Origin: Anaeramoeba ignava BMAN
Lineage: Eukaryota; Protista; Anaeramoebae
Direction: 5' to 3'
DNA length: 64,000 bases
NCBI GenBank assembly: GCA_028826165.1
Contig: JAPDFW010000085.1
Location: forward strand, 124,001-188,000
This document shows positions 27,451 through 39,985 of this stretch, in pieces. A model generated the notes under the pieces. That model was not told where the DNA came from and made no database searches. It was given only the letters and a program-made list of their open reading frames with translations. How positions within the stretch are numbered: the stretch's first letter is position 1; each line of letters starts with the position of its first letter. A program made the position numbers and the translations under genes.

Positions 27451-30226
27451 ATGACAAATTTAACTAGTGATGAATGGTTGAATGAATTTGATGATTTAGA
27501 ACGTTCTGTAGAAGAAACAACTTCATTAATTCGGGAATTAAATCGTTTAAAAATGAAAGGGTCAAGTAATGCTGCTCAAAGTTCAAAAATACGCAAAAAT
27601 GTAAAATTCAATTTAAAATTCATTTTAAAATTCAATTTAAAATTCATTTTGAAATTAGAATAAAAATAAAATCAAATCAAATTTAAATTTAAATTCAAAT
27701 TAAAATCAAATCAAATTAAATCAAAATCAAATCAAATCAAATCAAATTTAAATCAAATCAAATCAAATTAAATTCAAATTCGAATTCAAATTAAATCAAA
27801 TCAAAATTAAATCAAAATTAAATCAAAATTAAATCAAATCAAATTAAAATTAAATCAAAATCAAATTTAAATCAAATTAAAATCAAAATCAAATTTAAAT
27901 CAAATCAAATCAAATTTAAATCAAAATCAAATCAAATCAAATCAAAATCAAAATCAAATTTAAATTAAATCAAATTAAAATCAAATCAAATTTAAATTTA
28001 AATTCAAATTAAATTAAATCAAATTAAAATAAAATCAAATCAAATCAAAATCAAATCAAAATCAAATCAAATCCAAATCAAATAAATCAAAATTAAATCA
28101 AAATCAAATTAAATAAAATCAAATCAAAATCAAATTAAATCAAATAAAATCAAATCAAAATAAAAATCAAAATTAAAATTAAATTAAATCAAAATTAAAT
28201 CAAATTTAAATTCAAATCAAAATTAAATCAATTTAAATCAAATCAAATCAAATCAAATCAAATCAAAATCAAATTAAATCAAATTAAAATCAAAATTAAA
28301 TTAAATCAAATCAAATCAAAATTAAATCAAAATTAAATTAAAATCAAATTAAATCAAATCAAATTAAAAATTAAATTTGGAATTTAAATTAAAATCAAAT
28401 TCAAATCAAATCAAATCAAATCAAATCAAATCAAATCAAATCAAATTAAAATCAAATCAAAAAAAATAAAATCAAATCAAATTAAATTAAATCAAATAAA
28501 ATTAAAATCAAATCAAATCAAATCAAATCAAATCAAATCAAATCAAATCAAATCAAAATTCAAATCAAAATTAAATTAAAATCAAATCAAATCAAATAAA
28601 ATCAAATTAAATCAAATTAAATCAAAATTAAATCAAATCAAATTAAATCAAATCAAATCAAATCAAATTTAAAAAAAAAATTAAATCAAAATCAAATCAA
28701 ATTCAAATCAAATTAAATCAAATTAAATTAAATCAAATTAAATCAAATCAAAATTAAATTAAAATAAAATCAAATCTAAAAATCAAATCAAATTTAAATC
28801 AAATCAAATCTAAATCAAATTAAAAAAATCAAAATTTAAAATAAATCAAAATAAAATCAAATCAAATTAAATCAAAATCAAAAATTAAATCAAATTAAAT
28901 TAAATTAAAAAAAAATTAAAATTAAATCAAAATCAAATCAAATAAAATCAAAATCAAAATCAAAATCAAATTAAATTAAATCAAAAAATCAAATCAAAAA
29001 TCAAATCAAAATTAAATCAAAATTAAATCAAAATCAAATCAAATCAAATCAAATCAAATCAAATCAAATTAAATAAAATCAAATCAAATCAAATCAAAAT
29101 TAAAATCAAATTAAATCAAAATCAAATCAAACTAAAATCAAATCAAATTAAAATCAAATTAAATAAAATCAAAATCAAATAAAATCAAATTAAATCAAAA
29201 ATCAAAATCAAATTAAATTTAAATTAAATAAAATTAAAATTAAATCAAATCAAATCAAATCAAAATCAAATAAAAATTAAATCAAAATCAAATCAAATTA
29301 AAATCAAATCAAATAAAAATTCAAAAATCAAAAATTAAAATCAAAATTAAAATAAATTAAATCAAAAATAAAAATAAAAATCAAATCAAATCAAAAATCA
29401 AATAAAATCAAAAAAATCAAAAAAATCAAATCAAATTAAAATCAAATTAAAATCAAATCAAATTAAATTAAATTAAAAATCAAATCAAATTAAATTTAAA
29501 TTAAATTAAATTAAAATTAAATCAAATCAAATTAAATCAAATTAAATCAAATTAAAATTAAATCAAATCAAATTAAATCAAAATCAAATCAAATCAAATT
29601 AAAATCAAATTAAATTAAAATTAAAATTAAATCAAATCAAATCAAATCAAAATTAAATCAAAATTAAAAATCAGTTAAAAGTTATACAAGATCAATTCGA
29701 AAAACTTCAATCATCATTAGAAAAAATGGCACAATCAAGAAACAGTTATGGATTAGTTGAAGAAGAAGTACGAAGAAGAAAAAACGATCTTAACAAGATG
29801 AAGATAAAAATCGAGCAAGCAAACAACGAATCAACAAAAGGAGGAACAACAACAACACAACAATCACAAATAGCATTTGGGGAAACAGAAGTAACCCAAA
29901 ACATGACAAACAATGAAATTTATAATCATCAACAAGATGTAATGAAAAAACAAGATGATTCACTTGATTTACTTTCAAATACAATTCGTAAACAAAAAGA
30001 AATTGGAAATCAAATTGGTGAAGAATTGGATGTTCATTCAAAATTAATTGATGATATAACAAGAGATACTGATAGAGTTGACCATAAATTAACTCATCAA
30101 ACTGGAAGAATTGAAAAATTAATGCATAGCACAAGAGCTAGATGGCTTTTCTTGTGTATTTGCTTGCTAATTATCATTTTGGTTATTTTGGGTTCAACTC
30201 ATTGGGGAAAAGATATTTGGGGTTAA
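27451..30226 (+). CDS. Qc-SNARE, syntaxin-8/SYP5-like (exons 27451-27600, 29675-30226)
   Basis: N-terminal DEWL..F, Habc EEVRRR, SNARE motif QDDSLDLLSNTIRKQKEIGNQIGEELDVH, C-terminal TM. Confidence 0.88.
27665..29670 (+). repeat. Intronic (AAATC/AAATT/AAAATC)n satellite, intron 27601-29674
   Basis: Visible array. Confidence 0.95.
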
Positions 30227-30314
30227 ATTGCAATTTCTTTTTTTTTCTTTTTTAAAACAAAAACAAAACAAATATAATTTGGAATTTGGAATTTGGAATT
30301 CTTCCGAAAAAGAT

Positions 30315-30790
30315 TAAAATTTAATTTTAATTTTAATTTTAATTTTAATTTTGATCTAAATTTTAATTTTGATTTTAATCTAAATTTTAATTTTGATCTA
30401 AATTTTGATTTTAATTTTGATTTTTAATTTAAATTTTAATCTAAATTTTAATCTAAATTTTAATTTTAATTTCAATTTTAATTTTAATTTCAATTTTAAT
30501 CTAAATTTTAATTTTAATTTTAATTTTGTTCTTCTTTTTGATTTTAATTTTGATTTTGATTTTGATTTTAATTTTAATTTTAATTTTTATTTTAATTTTA
30601 ATTTTAATTTTAATTTTGATTTTGATTTTGATTTTAATTTTTAATTTTAATTTTAATTTTGATTTTGTTCTTCTTTTTGATTTTGATTTTAATTTTAATC
30701 TAAATTTTAATCTAAATTTTGATTTTAATTTTGATTTAAATCTAAATTTTGTTCTTGATTTTAAATTTAATCTAAATTTTGTTCTTCTTT
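30315..30790. repeat. Hexamer tract (AATTTT/GATTTT/AATCTA)n downstream of and overlapping the MYG1 stop
   Basis: Visible array. Confidence 0.85.
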
Positions 30791-31837
30791 TTGATTTTGA
30801 TTTTGATTTTCTTGTTCTTCTTTTTCTCTTTTTTCTTGTTCTTCTTTATCTCTTTTTATACTTTCATTCGCCATTTTCATAGCTCCTTCTTTAGTTTCAC
30901 AAACACCCAAAAAACCACTAGAATGAACAAAAACAGCATCAGGAATACCAGAAATCTTGCCCAATTCTTCATTTCTTAAACCTCTCCATTCTTTAACAAT
31001 ATCAACACGGTCACCATAACCTTCCAAAGATTTCCTCACAGCCTTAACTTGCCATGTATTATCCGGATCTCTTTTCCAAATAATGAACTTAAACTGACCC
31101 TCGATATTTAGCTTCTTCTCAAATTTCAATAACACGTTATTTAACGGAAGAAATCTCGGAAGTTCAAGAATCTCTTTTTTTGGATCTTTTTTTAAATTTT
31201 CTTCAATAGCTTCTAAAACAACATTTTTCATCGGAACTTCAAACGTTGAGATATGATGAACAGCCTCAAGAAATTCAGCACCAGCAAGTTGGGAAGCCTT
31301 CTCAAACCGCTCATCCACAAGGGACTCATCTTCACTCCATCCAGGATTCAATCTTTTTATTCTACTTGATAAACTAGTGTGATCCAAATATTTTGGACTC
31401 AAATCACAATCAAACTGACTTATTCCGTTATCGTTTCCGTCAATCGATTCTATGAAGAATTTGTAAACTTTGCGATAGGTTTTGTCGAGAAATTCTGATC
31501 TTTTTGTTTCATCTTTAATTAAATCCAATTTATCTTGAATTAATTGTTGAATCACCCGTTTTCCATAATGTCTATAAACCAATCCACAACCGCAATGGAT
31601 TACTTTGGATGTTTCCTTCCATTTTTCAGCGTAGTCTCGTTGGTGATGATCATATCTTCTCTTGCTGTGATCATACTCTCCTCCAACATCAACTACGATT
31701 GTTAAATTTTTCAGAACTTCCGTATCTCGTGTTCGAATCACTTTTGCGTCTTTATATTCTGGTAACTGCTTCAATAAGAAACATGATAAGGAATCGTCAA
31801 CGTGAAAAGTTCCTGAATGGACTCCAATTGTAGTCAT
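30767..31837 (-). CDS. MYG1: MYG1 exonuclease (UPF0160)
   Basis: IGVHSGTFHVDD, RTRD, VVDVGGEYD...YDHHQ, IDGNDNG, WRGLRNEEL..SGIPDAVFVHSSGF. Confidence 0.95.
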   Translation of the reverse strand: MTTIGVHSGTFHVDDSLSCFLLKQLPEYKDAKVIRTRDTEVLKNLTIVVDVGGEYDHSKRRYDHHQRDYAEKWKETSKVIHCGCGLVYRHYGKRVIQQLIQDKLDLIKDETKRSEFLDKTYRKVYKFFIESIDGNDNGISQFDCDLSPKYLDHTSLSSRIKRLNPGWSEDESLVDERFEKASQLAGAEFLEAVHHISTFEVPMKNVVLEAIEENLKKDPKKEILELPRFLPLNNVLLKFEKKLNIEGQFKFIIWKRDPDNTWQVKAVRKSLEGYGDRVDIVKEWRGLRNEELGKISGIPDAVFVHSSGFLGVCETKEGAMKMANESIKRDKEEQEKREKEEQENQNQNQKEEQNLD

Positions 31838-32024
31838 AATTGTTTTGTGGCTTTTTTGACTAAAAAAATGATTTATTTTTTTTTTGTTTTTTTATTCTTT
31901 TTTTTTTTTTTAAATCATTTTTTTTTAAAGTAATTCAAGGAAGATAACTTTAAAAACTTCTCACAAATTGAATCTATTACTCAAAATTAATTTTACAATA
32001 AAAATAAAAAGAAAGAAAATTAAA

Positions 32025-33285
32025 ATTTTAATTTTGATTTTGATTTTGATTTTAATTTTGATTTTGATTTTGATTTTGATTTTGATTTTGATTTTGATTT
32101 TGATTTTGATTTTGATTTTAATTTTGATTTTAATTTTTAATATTGATTTTGATTTTGATTTTAATTTTGATTTTTATATTGATTTTGATTTAATTTAATT
32201 TTGATTTTAATTTTGATTTTATTTTTAATTTTGATTTAAATTTGATTTTAATTTTATTTTTGATTTTGATTTTGATTTTGATTTTAATTTATTTTGATTT
32301 TGATTTTAATTAATTTTAATTTTGATTTTAATTTTGATTTGATTTTAATTTTAATTTTAATTTTGATTTTGATTTTGATTTTGATTTTGATTTTGATTTT
32401 GATTTTAATTTTAATTTTAATTTTAATTTAATTTTGATTTTGATTTTGATTTTGATTTTAATTTTGATTTTAATTTTAATTTTAATTTAAATTTTAATTT
32501 TGATTTTAATTTTGATTTGATTTTAAATTTTAATTTTAAATTTGATTTTGATTTTAATTTTAATTTTGATTTTAATTTTGATTTTGATTTTGATTTAATT
32601 TAATTTAATTTAATTTTGATTTTAATTTTGATTTTAATTTTGATTTTAATTTTGATTTGAATTTAATTTAATTTTGATTTTGATTTTGATTTTGATTTTT
32701 GATTTTGATTTTGATTTTGATTTTAATTTTGATTTTGATTTTGATTTTAATTTTGATTTTGATTTAAATTTTAATTTTGATTTTAAATTTAATTTTGATT
32801 TTGATTTTGATTTTGATTTTGATTTTAATTTTGATTTTGATTTTGATTTTAATTTTGATTTTGATTTTGATTTTGATTTTAATTTAATTTAATTTGATTT
32901 TGATTTTGATTTTGATTTTGATTTTAATTTTGATTTTAATTTTGATTTTGATTTTGATTTTAATTTTGATTTTGATTTTGATTTTAATTTTGATTTTGAT
33001 TTTGATTTTAATTTTAATTTGATTTGATTTTGATTTTAATTTTGATTTTAATTTTGATTTTGATTTTGAATTTAATTTTGATTTTAATTTTGATTTTGAT
33101 TTTGATTTTGATTTAATTTAATTTAATTTGATTTTGATTTTGATTTTAATTTTAATTTTGATTTTGATTTTAATTTTGATTTTAATTTTGATTTTGATTT
33201 TGATTTTTAATTTTGATTTTAATTTTGATTTTAATTTTGATTTAAATTTGATTTTTGATTTTGATTTTAATTTTGATTTTGATTT
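32025..33285. repeat. Intergenic hexamer satellite (GATTTT/AATTTT)n
   Basis: Visible 1.26-kb array starting immediately after the stop of ORF 33286-34068 on its sense strand. Confidence 0.95.
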
Positions 33286-34068
33286 TCATTTTAAATCTTT
33301 CGATTTGCAAACTTCTTCCATAGACTCATTTCTTATACTATTATCATATGAACTAACAGTATCAAAAATTATTATTCTTGATCCTTGTTTTTTTCTTATT
33401 TCACATTTATCATGAAGTCTTTCAACTACTCTTCCACATACATAACCTTTATCGTTTAAACACGACTTTATAAAATATTTTGGTCTTGTTATGCTGTTTA
33501 TATATTTAGTTATTTTATCTACAAAATCACACATATTAAGAGTATGATTACCGAACCACTTAATATTATACCAAATATATGACACAAATACTTTGACAAA
33601 ATAATCATTATCAAGATATTCTTTTTTTATTTTGCTAATTGGTCTCAATAATGCAAGTGATACATATAGTAATGACTCTTTGTTGTCTTCGTTGAAAATA
33701 TTTTTTATTATTTCGGATAAAAAATTCATATAATCATCTTCTTCTAAATCAAATACACTTTTCGATATATCTCTAGAGACCTTGTTGCCTGCTGTTTGAT
33801 TCACACTATACAATCTTGGTAATATCATTAAGTGCTTATCATGCAGCATAATTATATATTTCATAATATCTTCTAATGATGTTTCCTCTGTTATTTGATT
33901 TCCCATTTTTTTGGATTGTTTTAATAAATCATAAAATATTTCTAAGGATATTTTATGATCGAGATCGTCTTCAAAATAATTATAAGCACCAGATTTATAA
34001 TTATATGTAAGATTAAAAATTTTATTAGATTGATCAATAATATCAAATTCTTTGTTTATCTTCAACAT
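33286..34068 (-). CDS. Orphan intronless 260-aa protein with atypical codon usage; possible degenerate Fic/Fido fold
   Basis: High-complexity ORF with ATG start and many ATA/GAC/GAG codons. The family assignment is speculative. Confidence 0.7.
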   Translation of the reverse strand: MLKINKEFDIIDQSNKIFNLTYNYKSGAYNYFEDDLDHKISLEIFYDLLKQSKKMGNQITEETSLEDIMKYIIMLHDKHLMILPRLYSVNQTAGNKVSRDISKSVFDLEEDDYMNFLSEIIKNIFNEDNKESLLYVSLALLRPISKIKKEYLDNDYFVKVFVSYIWYNIKWFGNHTLNMCDFVDKITKYINSITRPKYFIKSCLNDKGYVCGRVVERLHDKCEIRKKQGSRIIIFDTVSSYDNSIRNESMEEVCKSKDLK

Positions 34069-34101
34069 AAAAATGAAAGAAAAAAATGAAAAAATTATTT
34101 A

Positions 34102-35806
34102 TTAAAAACTGAAAACTAAATTTTTTTGATTTTCAAATTGATTTTTGATTTTCAATTGTAAAAAAAATGTTCGTTTCGAGTTGGTTTTTTTGGGAAGTAG
34201 TGGACGTATTAGACTCATCAATACAAAAAAAGATCCAATATCAAGCAAAAGAAGAATCAAATAAACAGGAATCAAAGGATAATAAAGATGATGAATTCCT
34301 TTGTTATCCAAATAAAACATCATCAAAAGCAAAAAAGTAATCCAAATTGAAGGGACAACACAGAATGCAAGAATAATTTCATTGATTTTCTTTTGCCAAA
34401 AATGAATAATTATGAAAGAAAGGAAATAGAAAAAAACTTGAAGAAAAAGTGGAATAAAAATAATTGAATAATTCCATTTGATTTTTCCATCAAGTTTCAA
34501 TCCCAAAATAACAAAAAATAAGATAAACAAGAGGAAAAATATAACGAAACAAATAAATTCACAATCCAATATGCTTTTTTGAAAGAATTGAAGATAGAAG
34601 AAAAAAGCAGCGAAAATGAAGAAAATCAAAATATAGGGAATGAAAACTGCAATCCAAGAACATTTGATAAAATTATCCACTCTCAATCCAATCAAAAGAA
34701 ATTGAAAAAAATGCATAAACAAAAAAACATCTGTTAGTGCATTTTCAAGTGAATGTCCCAAATTATAATGATATTCTTTACTCCAAATACGAAAAATCAA
34801 ATCAGCCACAAAAACAACTAAAACTCCAAATGTAGGAATCAAAATTGGAATACTTAAATAGGTTAATTTAGTTGCAATTTTGCGTTCAATTTTGAGAGTA
34901 AGCAAAATCAAATAAATTGAAAATCCAATCGAAATTAAAGATAAAAAAAGAGGTGAAAATATATCTGCTTCTTTTTTTTCAAATTCTTCTAATTTTTCTC
35001 TTTTTTTTTTCTTTTCCATTTTTTTCTTCAATTTGTTTTTTTCTTCCAATAAAATGTTATAAATTTTCCTTCCTTTTTCAAGCATTTCTTCTTTTGGATT
35101 CTCTAATAAATTAATGTATTTCATTCTTTCTTCTTCAGTTGAAATCAAAACTGGAATTCTTGCATTTGAAGTTTCTGCAAGCATTGTGGAATCATCAAAT
35201 TTAGAATTATTGAAGTATTCTTTCAATTTATTTTCTCTTTTTTGATTTAATTCTTGGAAATGAATTTGAGATAAATTTGGAAAATCTAAATTTTGATTTT
35301 GGATTTGAATCTCTTCAATTTCTTGAATAATTGGTGTTTGAAATGCAAAAATGTTATAATGTTTATCAAAATTATTAAAATTCAATTCAAAATAATCAAA
35401 TGTGAAAAATTCTTGATGAAATTTTGCTATTTTTCTCCATGTTTCTTGATCATTAAAAATATCTTGAAAATCTTTACAAGTCATTCCTAGTCTACAAAAA
35501 GCAGCAGGAGAAAGAAATTCACAAATCATAATTAAAACTATTTGATCCAAAAAAAAAAAAAATTTTTTTCAAATAAGAAAATGAAAGCAAAAAAAAATAT
35601 ATTTTCAATTTACTTTCTGGAGGAAGTTGATTAATCATCAAATTTGCTTCTTTTGGTGTGATTTGTTGATTTTTTGTTGATTCCAAATATTTTCCTTTTC
35701 TTAAAATTTCAAAGTGATCTTTCGTAATTTTAATTATTCCTTTATTTTTAAAAATTTCTAAATTCTTCCAAGATTTTTCTTTATCTTCTGAATCAGAATG
35801 ATTCAT
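34102..35806 (-). CDS. F-box + TMEM185/FAM11-like multipass membrane protein (intron 35538-35613)
   Basis: Spliced F-box INQLPPE|ILIMICEFLSPAAFCRLGMTCKDFQDIFNDQETW; repeated TM hairpins LRVDNFIKCSWIAVFIP and LKLDGKIKWNYSIIFIPL. Confidence 0.85.
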
Positions 35807-35907
35807 TTTTTAAATTTGTTTCTTTTTTTTGATAAGATTTAAATGAGAAAAAAATGAAACTCAAAAATTAAAATTAAAAATCCAAAATTATTTTTTTCTT
35901 TTTAAAA

Positions 35908-37846
35908 ATGAATGAAATTATATATTTTGGTTCAAATCAAAAACCAAAACTTATCAAAAATAAACCAAATAAAATAACAAAACCAATTCAATTTAAATTC
36001 GAAAATGAAAATGAAAATGAAAATGAAAATGAAAAACAAATTAAACAAATTTCAACAAGTTATTTTTCAACAATTTTCCTTTTTAAAAATGGAAAAGTAA
36101 TAGAATATTTAAATGGAAATGATTCAAAACAAAATCCTGAAAAAATCCAAATTGAAGAAAATATTCAAAAAGTAACTGTTGGTTATGACAATGAAGCTAT
36201 TTTAGCATCAGAAGGAAATGTAATTGCCAAAGGAAATGATATTAATTCAAATAATACAAATCAATTTATCAATATTTCATCATTAATTGAAGATACAAAT
36301 GATAGAATAATTGAAGATATTATTTCTGGAGCTAGTTCAATTTACTTATTAACTTCAAATCAAAATGCTTATGGAATTGGTTCAAATTATTCTGGCCAAC
36401 TTGGTTTTGATTCTGAAACACTTAAAAAAACAGAAAAACCAATTTTAATGATGAGAAATGTTTCTAAAATATTTTCAGGAAATACTTCACATCGTGTTTT
36501 TCTTTTAAATTCAAATCAAGAATTATTTGTATGCGGTAATAATAATTCTGCTCAACTTGGATTAGGAGAATCAAGAAAAGAAATAAAAATCCAAAAATTA
36601 ACCAAAATCCAAAATATTCCAAAAGGCAAAATAATTGATATTCAATGTGGAGTTTCTCATTCAATAATGTTAATTGAAAATGAAGATGAAAATCAAAATC
36701 CAAAAAGAAAACTTTATTCATGCGGAGATTCTGGATTGAATGGACTTGGCAAAGATGAAAATACTCGTGAATTTACTGAAATTAAATCATCTTTATTTGA
36801 AAATGATAACATTCTTGATTTTTCTTGTGGATTTGAACATACTTTGATTTTAACTTCTAATTCGAAATTAATAGGATTTGGAAGTAATTATCATGGTCAA
36901 TTAGGAACTGGAGATACAAATATTCAATTAATTCCAATTCAAATTGAACTTCCTAGATTAAGATTTAATGAAGATATTTCTAATTATCATGTTTCTTGTG
37001 GAGATTACAAATCATTTCTTTATTATTCTCCTTTTTCTTTTTCCAATCTTGAAGAAGATTTGATAAAATTATTTCGAAAGAAAAGAATTTTGTGATATTT
37101 CATTTAAAACAGAAAATGGAGAAATAATCAAAGCTCATAAATTAATATTGAAATATAGATTAAATCAAAATGAAAATCAAATTGAAAAACTTCAAGAAAT
37201 TATTTCAAAAAAATCAATTAAAGAATCAAATCAAATATTTGAAATGATTTATTCAAATAATTCCAAAATAAATCCAAAATTATATTTAGAAATTAAAGAA
37301 ATTATAAATTCCAATGAAAAAATAGAAGAAACAATTAAAAGAATTTATTTAAATGAAAATGAAAATGAAAATGAAAATGAAAATGAAAATGAAAAAGATT
37401 TCATTATTGAAAGAAAAGAAAAACAATATAAATTTCCTAAATTAATATTAATAATGAGAAGTGAATTATATCGAGGAATGTTTTTATCTGTTACAAATGA
37501 TACTTCAAATAAAGTTACAGATTATAGTGAATTAAGTGATAAATCATTTCAAATATTTGAATATTGGATTTATTCAAATCAAATTAAAGATGAAATTCAA
37601 ATTACACAAGAAATCATTGATGAAATTCAAATTGGAATTGATTATTTTCAATTAAATCAAACAAATCCAAATTTATTTGATTTATTAATTAACAAATTTA
37701 AAAATCAAAATCAAATCAAAAAAGAAAAAGAAATTGAGAAAGAAAAAGAAATTGAGAAAGAAATTGAGAAAGAAAAAGAAATTGAGAAAGAAAGAGAAAT
37801 TGAGAAAGAAAAAGAAATTGAAAAAGGAAAATGTTTAATTTTTTAA
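35908..37846 (+). CDS. RCC1-propeller + BTB-like protein, copy 1 (+1 frameshift ~37078; C-terminal CAAX CLIF)
   Basis: RCC1 repeats (GSNYSGQLG, CGFEHTLIL, GSNYHGQLGTG); BTB FCDISF...IKAHKLIL and a second BTB-like ILIMRSELYRGMF...FEYWIYSN. Confidence 0.85.
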
Positions 37847-37923
37847 ATAAGAAAATTAAAATCAAAATTAAAATTAAAATTAAAATCCAAAATTTCATTT
37901 TTTTCATTTTTTTCATTTCAAAA

Positions 37924-39686
37924 ATGAATGATTGTTTATTTTTTGGTTCAAATCAAAAACCAAAACTTATCAAAAATGAAACAGATAAAATAACAAAACC
38001 AATTCAATTTAAATTTGAAAATGAAAATGAAAATGAAAATGAAAATGAAAAACAAATTAAACAAATTTCATCAGGAATTTTTTCAGCAATTTTCCTTTTT
38101 AAAAATGGAAAAGCAATAGAATATTTAAAAGAAAATGATCCAAATCGAAATCCTGAAAAAATCCAAATTGAAGAAAATATTCAAAAAGTAACTGTTGGTT
38201 ATGATAATGAAGCTATTTTAACATCAGAAGGAAATGTATTTGCCAAGTTTTTTGATATTAATCCAAATAATACAAATGAATTTATCAATATTTCATCATT
38301 AATTGAAGATACAAATGATAGAATAATTCAAGATATTGTTTCTGGATACAATTCAATTTATTTATTAACTTCAAATCAAAATGCTTATGGAATTGGTGAT
38401 AATTATTATGGTCAACTTGGTTTTGATAATGAAACACTTCAAAAAACAGAAAAACCAAATTTAATGATGAAAAATGTTTCTAAAATATTTTCAGGAAATT
38501 CTTCATTAGCTGTTTTCTTTTTAAATTCAAATCAAGAATTATTTGGATGCGGATATAATTACTATCGCCAACTTGGATTAGGAGAATCAAAAGAAGAGAC
38601 ATATATCAAAAAATTAACCAAAATCCAAAATATTCCAAAAGGTAAAATAATTGATATTCAATCTGGAAGATATCATTCAATAATGTTGATTGAAGATGAA
38701 AATCCAAAAAGAAAACTTTATTCATGTGGAAATTATTACTTTAATGGAATTGGCAAAAGAACAAATGAATTTACTGAAATCAAATCATCTTTATTTGAAA
38801 ATGATGATAATATTCTTGATTTTTCTGTTGGAGATTCACATACTTTGATTTTAACTCAAAAAGGGAAATTAATTGGATTTGGAGTAAATTCTTTTGGTCA
38901 ATTAGGAACTGGAAATAAAGAAAATCAATTAATTCCAATTCAAATTGAACTTCCTAAATTAAGATTTAATGAAGATATTTCTAATTATCATATTTCTTGT
39001 GGAATGTTCAAATCATTTCTTTATTATTCTCTTCCTCCTTTTTCCAATCTTGAAGAAGATTTGATAAAATTATTTGAAAGAAAAGAATTTTGTGATATTT
39101 CATTTAAAACCAAAAATGGAGAAATAATTGAAGCTCATAAATTAATATTGAAATATAGATTAAATCAAAATCAAAATGAAATTGAAAAACTTCAAAGAAA
39201 TTATTTCAAAAAAATCAATTAAAGAATCAAATCAAATATTTGAAATGATTTATTCAAATAATTCCAAATATAAATCCAAAATTATATTCTGAAATTAAAG
39301 AAATTATAAATTCCAATGAAAAAATTGAAGAAACAATGAAAAGAATTTATTTAAATGAAAATGAAAATGTTTTCATTATTGAAAGAAAAGAAAAACAATA
39401 TAAATTTCCTAAATTAATATTAATAATGAGAAGTGAATTATATCGAGGAATGTTTTTATCTGTAACTGAAGATAAATCTAATAAAGTTACAGATTATAGT
39501 GAATTAAGTAATAAATCATTTCAAATTTTTGAATATTGGATTTATTCAAATCAAATTAAAGATGAAATTGAAATTACACAAGAAATCATTGATGAAATTC
39601 AAATTGGAATTGATTATTTTCAATTAAATCAAACAAATCCAAATTTATTTGATTTATTAATTAACAAATTTAATAATCAAAATTAA
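37924..39686 (+). CDS. RCC1-propeller + BTB-like protein, copy 2 (two +1 frameshifts, ~39195 and ~39268; possible pseudogene)
   Basis: Colinear with copies 1 and 3; frameshifts located by comparing copies. Confidence 0.82.
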
Positions 39687-39985
39687 AATCAAAATTAAAA
39701 TCAAAATTAAAATTAAAATTAAAATTAAAATTAAAATTAAAATTAAAATTAAAATTAAAATTAAAATTAAAATTAAAATCAAAATCAAAATTAAAATTAA
39801 AATTAAAATTAAAATCAAAATTAAAATCAAAAAAATAAAGGATTCATTAGGAAAAAAAAAATTTTATTGAAAAAGGAAAAGAAAGAAAAGAAATGATTAA
39901 TTTTAGGATCAAAACCAGGAAAATTTTTTTATCCTTTTTTGAATTTTTTTTCCTTTTTCATTGTTCATTTTTTTTCTTTTCAAAA

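Noticed and set aside
32025-33285. Interstitial telomere
   Set aside because: Degenerate GATTTT/AATTTT mix identical to the tracts in coding QN runs and introns; no G-rich telomeric unit
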